64,000 nucleotides of DNA from assembly GCF_009914755.1 (NCBI RefSeq), contig NC_060945.1, one strand, 5' to 3'. This DNA comes from the human T2T-CHM13v2.0 reference genome, Homo sapiens. Made by a program: the position numbers and the translations under genes. Shown in pieces: positions 56,548-64,000 of this stretch. Positions within the stretch are counted from its first letter, which is position 1; each line of letters opens with the position of its first letter. The notes beneath the pieces were generated by a model. It saw nothing but the letters and a program-made list of their open reading frames with translations, did not search any database and was not told the DNA's origin.

Positions 56548-58357
56548 GCACTCAACTGTTAAATGAATGAATAAGTGAAATGAACATTTTTCAATAACAA
56601 CCTCAGCACACCATCACTGCTGCGTAGTGTGCACCAATGAGTGGTAATGTAAGATTTTATTGTTGGTTAAAGCTCAGATGTTTTCAGCAGACAGAGAGCT
56701 TGGAAGCAGAGCAAGCTCTGATAATAGCTCTTGCTCTTTGTGGGTGTGTACAGTGAATTTTAATTCACCTTGTTTATATAAGAAGGGTATAATATTAAAT
56801 ATAATTTTGGCATAGGCTTTAAAAAACAACAGCCTTAATATATTGATAAATTAGTACTTTGGGCTGTTGTCTCTTTTCTCCCAAAAGAAAATTCAATTAG
56901 AGTTAGGGTCATGTTGTCCCATAATGTTCGACAGAAGAGTGTTTGAATTCCATAGCCGATTTTTAGAAACAGTAGCTTGAGTTATTTTCTTCCCTAGTGC
57001 AGTTACCATGGAATTGATATAAAAACTTGGATATTTCTATATTACTCATTTCAGAAATGTGTTCAACTTTAAGGAATTATTTGGGTCTTAAAAAGTATTT
57101 TGCAACCAACTCATCTATACCATCAACTCCTGACTCACCTTCAAGCAATGTTCTCTCTCTCTCTCTCTGCTTTTACCCCCTTAAATTGGAACTGATGTTT
57201 TATATCTAATCTGTTATAGACAAGATACAAATTGCATGAGGGCAAGGACATTTTCTGGTTCATTCCCTGCCTAGCCCTCAATGACATGGTGAATGCCTAA
57301 CAACAACAACAATTCTAATAAATGAAGGAGAAGTTAGTGGGCTGTTTCAAGCAGTATTTCCTGTAACAGCTGTGTTTTGGTGGGGTTCGGAGTCTAGTTA
57401 TTGACTGCATGTTTGGAAATTAGTTTTTATTAGATTTTGAAAACCAAGATCATAAACTTTTTAAAAAATTTAATGTTTTTATCATATTTGTTCAAAAGTA
57501 AACCACTGCTAAAAGGCTTATAACAGTGTTCCCCTTCCCCCTTACCTTCCAGCCCACAACTATCCTCCTCACCAATATGATCTTTCTTTGGAGATGAGAA
57601 ATGTCATCTTTCTTAGCTTTTCTGGTACTTGCCTCCTTATTTTCAAGTCCTATATAGCATTGCTTTATTTTGGTTATTAATTTTAAACATTATCCAACCC
57701 TATCACAGTGTGGTGAAAAATCCATAGTCAGTATTATAATTATTATGACTAATGTAAATGCTATTCAAAGTGAACCCAGGTGGCACACTATATTTATAGT
57801 ATATTATTATAGTATCTTTTCCTGGGTTAAGAACTGAAACTTTTTCTTCTAGTTTTCTTGGTTTGCTTTGAAATTATGGTTAAGTCATCATACACCTTCC
57901 AACAGCTGTATAAAATCTTGTTTCATTCAAATTCCGATACAGTGAAATCTACCTGGTAATCTCTCCATTTCTTCTTCATCTGTCTTTCCCCTGGAAGCAT
58001 CCTTCCGGTGGTGGGGGCAGGGGGTGCTTTTGTCCAATCTGAAATGGCTCTCCTCTGTTTGAAAGCTTCTTCTCAACTATAATCTTGGACCCTCTGTACC
58101 TCCTGGTCATTTCTTTTGTCTCTCTCGATTTGGATTACCTGCTTTCTGATCTTTAGTCTTGCTCCTTCTTGGTTTATTCCATTATGGGTAGAGCATCCAC
58201 TAGTTCTTGGAGAAATAGAGATCAAAGGTAATTTTTTTAAGACAACATTTCATAAAATATCCTTATTTCATTTTCATGTAAGGCTGATTGTGTCATTGGA
58301 CGTGAACTACTAGAATGGATATCATTTACATCAAGAATCTGAAATGGATTGTGCTAC

Positions 58358-58689
58358 TGTTGTAGGACTTCCTCCTTAGTTCAGCTAAAAGCTGGGATCT
58401 TGTCACATGACCATGAAAGATTAGGCTGGCAGATACTTTGAAGGGTGAGAAGAGCAGGTTTCATTGGGTGAAAGGTAAAAAAGGGAAATAGGGACCCTCA
58501 GCAAAGCAAGAGTCCTGAGTGTGGGTTTCTTGCCTCACAGATTGAAACCCTAGTTATCACCCTGGGACAGGAGAAGCCAGGCTCCTCCCCACTGGAAAGG
58601 GCACAAACTTCCCATGGCTCCACAGCATTCTCCCAGCGCACTGGCCAGTCGGAGGTTTTCCGGGGAGCCCTTTATACTTGGCTGTCTCA
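58358..58689 (-). mobile_element. MER61A-like ERV1 solo LTR
   Basis: tgttgtaggacttcctccttagttcagctaaa...tttatacttggctgtctca; 4-bp TSD ctac (58354-58357 / 58690-58693). Confidence 0.85.
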
Positions 58690-59562
58690 CTACCGTCCTC
58701 TAGCTTTCTATGTTGCTATTAAAAAGCAAAAGCAATTTTTAGTCCTTATCTTTTAATGTATCCCCTTTTTCTCCCTGGAAGGTTTCCTCTTTATTCCTGC
58801 TTTTTCTTTTCTTTTTTTCCATTTATAGCTTTAGGCACTTGGTAGTAAGTCTTTACCATCTGGAGACTTACATCCTTCAGAGTGAGGAATTATCTGATTT
58901 TCTCTATGGAACTCCTGTTAGTCAGATGTTGGGCCTTTTTGCTTAATATTTTCTTTACTCTTTTCCCTCCTATTGGTTATCGCTTTATGTTTTTGATCTT
59001 CCGATTCTTTTGTTAAATTTTTATTTTCTAAATATCTATTTCTTGTTTCATGAGTGTTCCTTTTTATGCATTTTCATGTTGTTCTGTGGGTTCAATACCT
59101 CTCTTACCTCTCCAGGGATACAAATTACAGTGTTTTTTTGTTTTGTTTTTTGTTTGTTTGCTCCCTGAATTCACTATAGTTCTTTTCTCATTTTAATTTT
59201 AGATGTTTTCTATGATGTTTTTGTTCTTTACTAATTAATATCAATGCGTTCAGAAGTAAATGGAAAGTTCTATGGGTGTAGGCTGCAGTTTTGCACTGCT
59301 AAACCTCCTGAGGTTCCCACAACTGGCCAGTTAGCTTCTATGTTGTGAAATCTCCAAATGCCTGTATTCCCACAGGAGTTTTCTCGGAGGCAGTACATTC
59401 TCTCTTACACACACCTGGGGGTTATTAGCTTGGCTACCAGCATTCTAGAATTTGGTGGAAAAGAAAGGCTCAGGGTCCACAGTTCAGTTAGATTAATTCC
59501 TTTTTTTTTTTCAATATGCTACTTTGCTGTCTTTGATGCCTCATGCTCGCAGGTGTAGTAAA

Positions 59563-59698
59563 AGTGGGGCAGTCATCTGAAGGTGCTCAGAGTGGACAGG
59601 AACCAGGAATCTGAAGCTAACTGCTCCCTAGTGGGGCAGTCATCTGAAGGTGCTCAGAGTGGGTGGGAACCAGAAATTTGAGGCTAATTGCTCCCTAG
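59563..59698. repeat. 67-bp tandem duplication (2 copies)
   Basis: Units 59563-59629 and 59630-59696, 7 mismatches. Confidence 0.95.
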
Positions 59699-61824
59699 CA
59701 GTTTCTCAAGTCCTCTCCCTAATTCCTTCAAATTATTCTGCGTAATTCCAATTCCTGAGTCTTTTATAACTTTTAGGGGCCAACTATGTATATCCATCTG
59801 CAAGAGCTTATTCTCCTCCACTCTTCTAAACTATTTATTATTCTTACATTGACTTTAGTCTTCAAATTCTGTGGCCTGGGACTATAGATATCTATTAATT
59901 TTTAATGAATATATTCAATTTTTTTGTTTATTTGTTTTTATTCTATTTTCCTGAATTTTAGGGGGTTGGATTTTGAGAGGAGAGGAGTGGAAATATCTTG
60001 ATTCCATCAATTTAGAAATCACAGATCTCGTGATCAGATTTTGAGGGATAGATTCTCATTGTAACAACACCTGTCAGAAATTTATTTTTAAAAGAGAATT
60101 ACAATGTATTAATTAATACTTGGAAATATTATCACTAAGTAAATTAGAATATTTCTTTTGATTGCCAAAGGCAGTTTTGTTCTTCTGAAAGAATCAGCTT
60201 CAGAAGCCAAATAAAGATCTAAACATTCATGACGGGTGTTGAGTTATAGCAGAGAAAGTTAAATGTTCTTTATGGTTAATGTTGCATTACCTAGCCTGTT
60301 GCCACAACCCTCATGTAAGTAGGTGCCTGCCAAAATAAATAGAATGATTAAATTGGGCAGCCAGGAATTACCACTGGACAGTTCTGATAATCCACAGGCA
60401 ACTTTCCATTCTTCTTTCTTTATTCTTCACAAATCCTACTAATATTTGTTATAAAAATAGATTGTACAATTATTTGAGTGATAAAGAAATATTTATGAAG
60501 TGTCCACTCTGTACCATATACATGGTAATATGTATTATTTCATTATTCTTTGTCAGATATTAGTTACATTTTAAATTTATGTCTTTTTAATGAGATTCCA
60601 GGGAAGTACCTGGTTTCCTGATGAAATTTAAGGAATTCCCATTATTTGCTTTAATCATTTCCTGGGAAGGCTTTCACATGTGACCAAATACATTCATTTT
60701 ATAGCTTTTATTTTAATTGTTGATTTTTTATGACTTTGTTCATAATTCTGTGCATACATTTTTTGTTTACCCATATTATACATTGACTACATACTCAATA
60801 TTATACAAACCTTCATTGTTTATTTTTCCATAATAAACAAGGAACATGAAGTCTTTGCATTTGGAAGAGTCTTCAAAGGCAGATCAGAGTCCAAAACCTA
60901 GCACAAGCCCTCACTCCAGTTTGGTGAAAAGCAAATTAAAAAAAGAAAAAAGGAAAAAAAAGAGAGTAAACAAAACACATATGCAGAAATACACCAACAA
61001 AAATACACGTCGTCCATCACTGCACATTCTTCTCTTTCCTGGAAAGAATGGCAGCGACTATGAAGAGTTTTTCAGAGGCTAGATGCTCCCGTGAAATTTG
61101 CACCTGGTCCTGAGGTGAGCCAGATTGGCAGGAAGAGAAGGCAGAGCTGACTCCATACTGTTATTCCTTAGCCAATCACCAGAGTGACAAACCTTGAGTG
61201 AGCTTGAACCACAGATGCCCACTAGATGTTCATCCCTGTGTTAAAAAAAGATTTGGTGAAAATAGTGGCTGGTCCTGAGCCCAGCAAGGATGGAGATGAA
61301 GAATGATAAGTTATTCATTTCTAAAAATTTTATAAATATAGGACTTGCTTAACACTGACTGCTGACCTTGAATTCCCTTCTTCTGAGTATGTCTGCAATT
61401 CTAAAAGCAGCCCCAGAAGGCTGGAAAACGACTCACAAAGTGGCTATTAATAAACAGTGGTACATATAAAAGTGACAGAAGTCCAAAGTGTGTAGACAGG
61501 TGTTTTACTTCAATAGAGTAATGAAATGCTGAAGCAATGCAGGTGTTCAGCAGCCACAGCTTTGTCTGAACACTGCAGGGTATGTGTGTGTATGTGCCTG
61601 TGAGTACACACACACCCGTGTATGCATGCAACTTAAGCACACACACTTTGGGGAAGCACTTACTATGTGCACTCTGCAGTAACAAATCATGATTTGCTTC
61701 CAATCATTGCTATATTGATTTAAGAGAGAATGTGCTCTTAATAAGCATTATCCACCGCAGAATGCACATAGTAAGTGCTTTCCATTCCAATGTTCCTTGG
61801 TTTCAGCAATGTCAATGACTGTAC

Positions 61825-62181
61825 TGTATTAGTCTGTTCTCACACTGCTAATAAAGACATACCAAAGAGTGGGTAATTTGTAAAGGAAAGAGGTTTAATT
61901 GATTCACAGTTCCATATGGTTGGGGAGGCCTCACAATCATGGTGGAAGGCGAATGAAAAGCAAAGTCATGTCTTACATGGTAGCAGGCAAGAGAAAGCTT
62001 GTGCAGAGGAGCTCTCCTTTATAAAACCATCAGATATCATGAGACTTATTTACTACCACAAGAAGAGTATGGAAGAAACTGCCCCCATGATTCAATTATC
62101 TCTACCTGGCCCCACCCTTGACATGTGGGGATTATTAAGTTCAAGGTGAGATTTGGGTGGGGACACAGCAAAACTGTATCA
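61825..62181 (-). mobile_element. THE1C-like MaLR solo LTR
   Basis: tgtattagtctgttctcacactgctaataaagac...gagatttgggtggggacacag...tatca. Confidence 0.9.
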
Positions 62182-62198
62182 CTTAACAAGAAACTTAA

Positions 62199-62578
<380 letters not shown>

Positions 62579-64000
62579 ACCAGTATGATTTTAATGAGAT
62601 TAAGGCTGGTTGGTCTCATGGGAGAAGAAAACATTCAGGTCTCCTATTTAGATTGAGTGCATCTCAAAATACAGGAAAAATAATACAAACTCAGTCTATT
62701 TCCTAAGTCAAGTTGGTCAATAACATGTTCATACATAGAAAGTGATTTTTCAATATTTAAAAACCAGTTACCTGGATTTCACATGACCAGAAGTGAATAG
62801 AATTAGAACATCAAATACTTTGACATAATGCAAACACTACTAGTCGGGATGAACTCATGAGTTCTCTTTTTTTATCCCAGCTTCATTTCTGGATTTACCA
62901 TCTTGCCTTCCATTTTATTTTTCATTTCTTTTATCTCCATCTTTATCCTCCCTTCTCCTGGCCACCACCTCCTCTCTTATTTTATGGAATAAATTGTAAT
63001 GTGAAGAGCATCTTCAAGAAATTATATCTTATGGCCTTTCTTAAGGTAATTCAAACTTGTGCTTGGCCGAAAAAGAACTGTATGCTAAATTTATGTATGT
63101 TCGCAGAGACAGAGAGAAACTATTTTTTCTCTGTCCCCTTCATGAGACATTTAAACAAGTGAGTAACAGGTGCTGCATGCCTGGAACACACTGTACTCTG
63201 AATATTCTTGTAAGGAGTTGTGCACTCTGGGGAGAGCATTTCATATCCAAGTCCTCATGAACAACACCTGTGCTTGGTCAGTCACCGGAAGGATACACCC
63301 TTGGTGATAAAAAGGGATTTTATTGGGCTATGGATAGAATTGTTTCGTTAAATACTTGGGAAGGAAGCTGATAAATTAAGTCTACCAAGTTGGATAATAA
63401 CTGCATGCCCTTTGGGATAAGCTATTTTATCTGTGCTTTGAATGGAAGAAATAATGCAAGATTGAACCACCAAACTAGTGTATTATTTTAATTTGAAAAA
63501 AAAAATTTACTTTTTCTAATAAGAAATATAAAACTTTATTGTGCCAAAGTGGCAATACTCAAGTAGGAAAAGAAAAAAAAGAGATATAAAGAAGGAACGA
63601 TTGGTTAGTTGGATTGAGAGGCTAATCTCCATGTCTTTTGCATTAACCTCAGAATTAGCAGGTATAGCTCATGGACTCAGCTTAATAAAGACGATTTATA
63701 CAGTGCTATGGATAAGAGAAGAGCTCTAGAAACAATATTTGTAAGCCATAAATTACTAATACATATGTACTTATGATGAATAATTATTTTTCAATATGAT
63801 GAGCATGATCTGCCTTTGAAGAGAAAAATAAAGTCTAGGTTTCTGAAGGAGAATTAACTCCATTAGGCCCTTAGGGTATACGTACTTTAAGTCACTTCAC
63901 TGCCTAGAGTTTTAAGTATCCTAATGGCTAGAAATTATGCATTTGTCCATACAGAGTATCCTGATAACTCCCCCAGGCAGACCTGAACTATAATTTAAGC

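Larger units (their letters stand above)
57440..60000 (-). mobile_element. Old L1M (L1ME-like) remnant
   Basis: Reverse old-L1 motifs (tagctttctatgttgctattaaaaag; ccatctggagacttacatccttcag; tctctatggaactcctgttagtcagatgttgggcc). Confidence 0.55.

Noticed and set aside
58358-58689. p53 response element in the MER61-like LTR
   Set aside because: I could not find a paired RRRCWWGYYY motif in this copy
59563-59698. CRISPR-like repeat array
   Set aside because: Only two abutting units with no spacers, in primate DNA

Overview
AT-rich primate (almost certainly human) non-coding genomic DNA. It is dominated by interspersed repeats: about 19 Alu/FLAM copies, young and old L1, L2/MIR/CR1 relics, about 15 solo LTRs (MLT2A, THE1/MST, MLT1, MER61, LTR16/33-like) and several hAT MITEs. 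I recognise no host protein-coding exon, RNA gene, CpG island or CRISPR-like array, and I cannot name the locus. The only protein-like ORFs are two in-frame pieces of a dead, 5'-truncated L1PA2/3 ORF2. I found no evidence for a new biological system. The unexplained structure I can see is mutational: four short segments copied to sites 0.6-1.6 kb from their apparent donors, one 67-bp tandem duplication, a T-shaped double palindrome at 29142-29200, and several atypical retrotransposon insertions (a tiny twin-primed L1, a tailless Alu, an AluY with a 5' Alu-linker extension, an Alu with a G-quadruplex-type tail). A few candidate non-coding exons and regulatory motif clusters are listed at low confidence. 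Repeat subfamilies were assigned by eye from remembered consensus sequences, and boundaries of old repeats are approximate.
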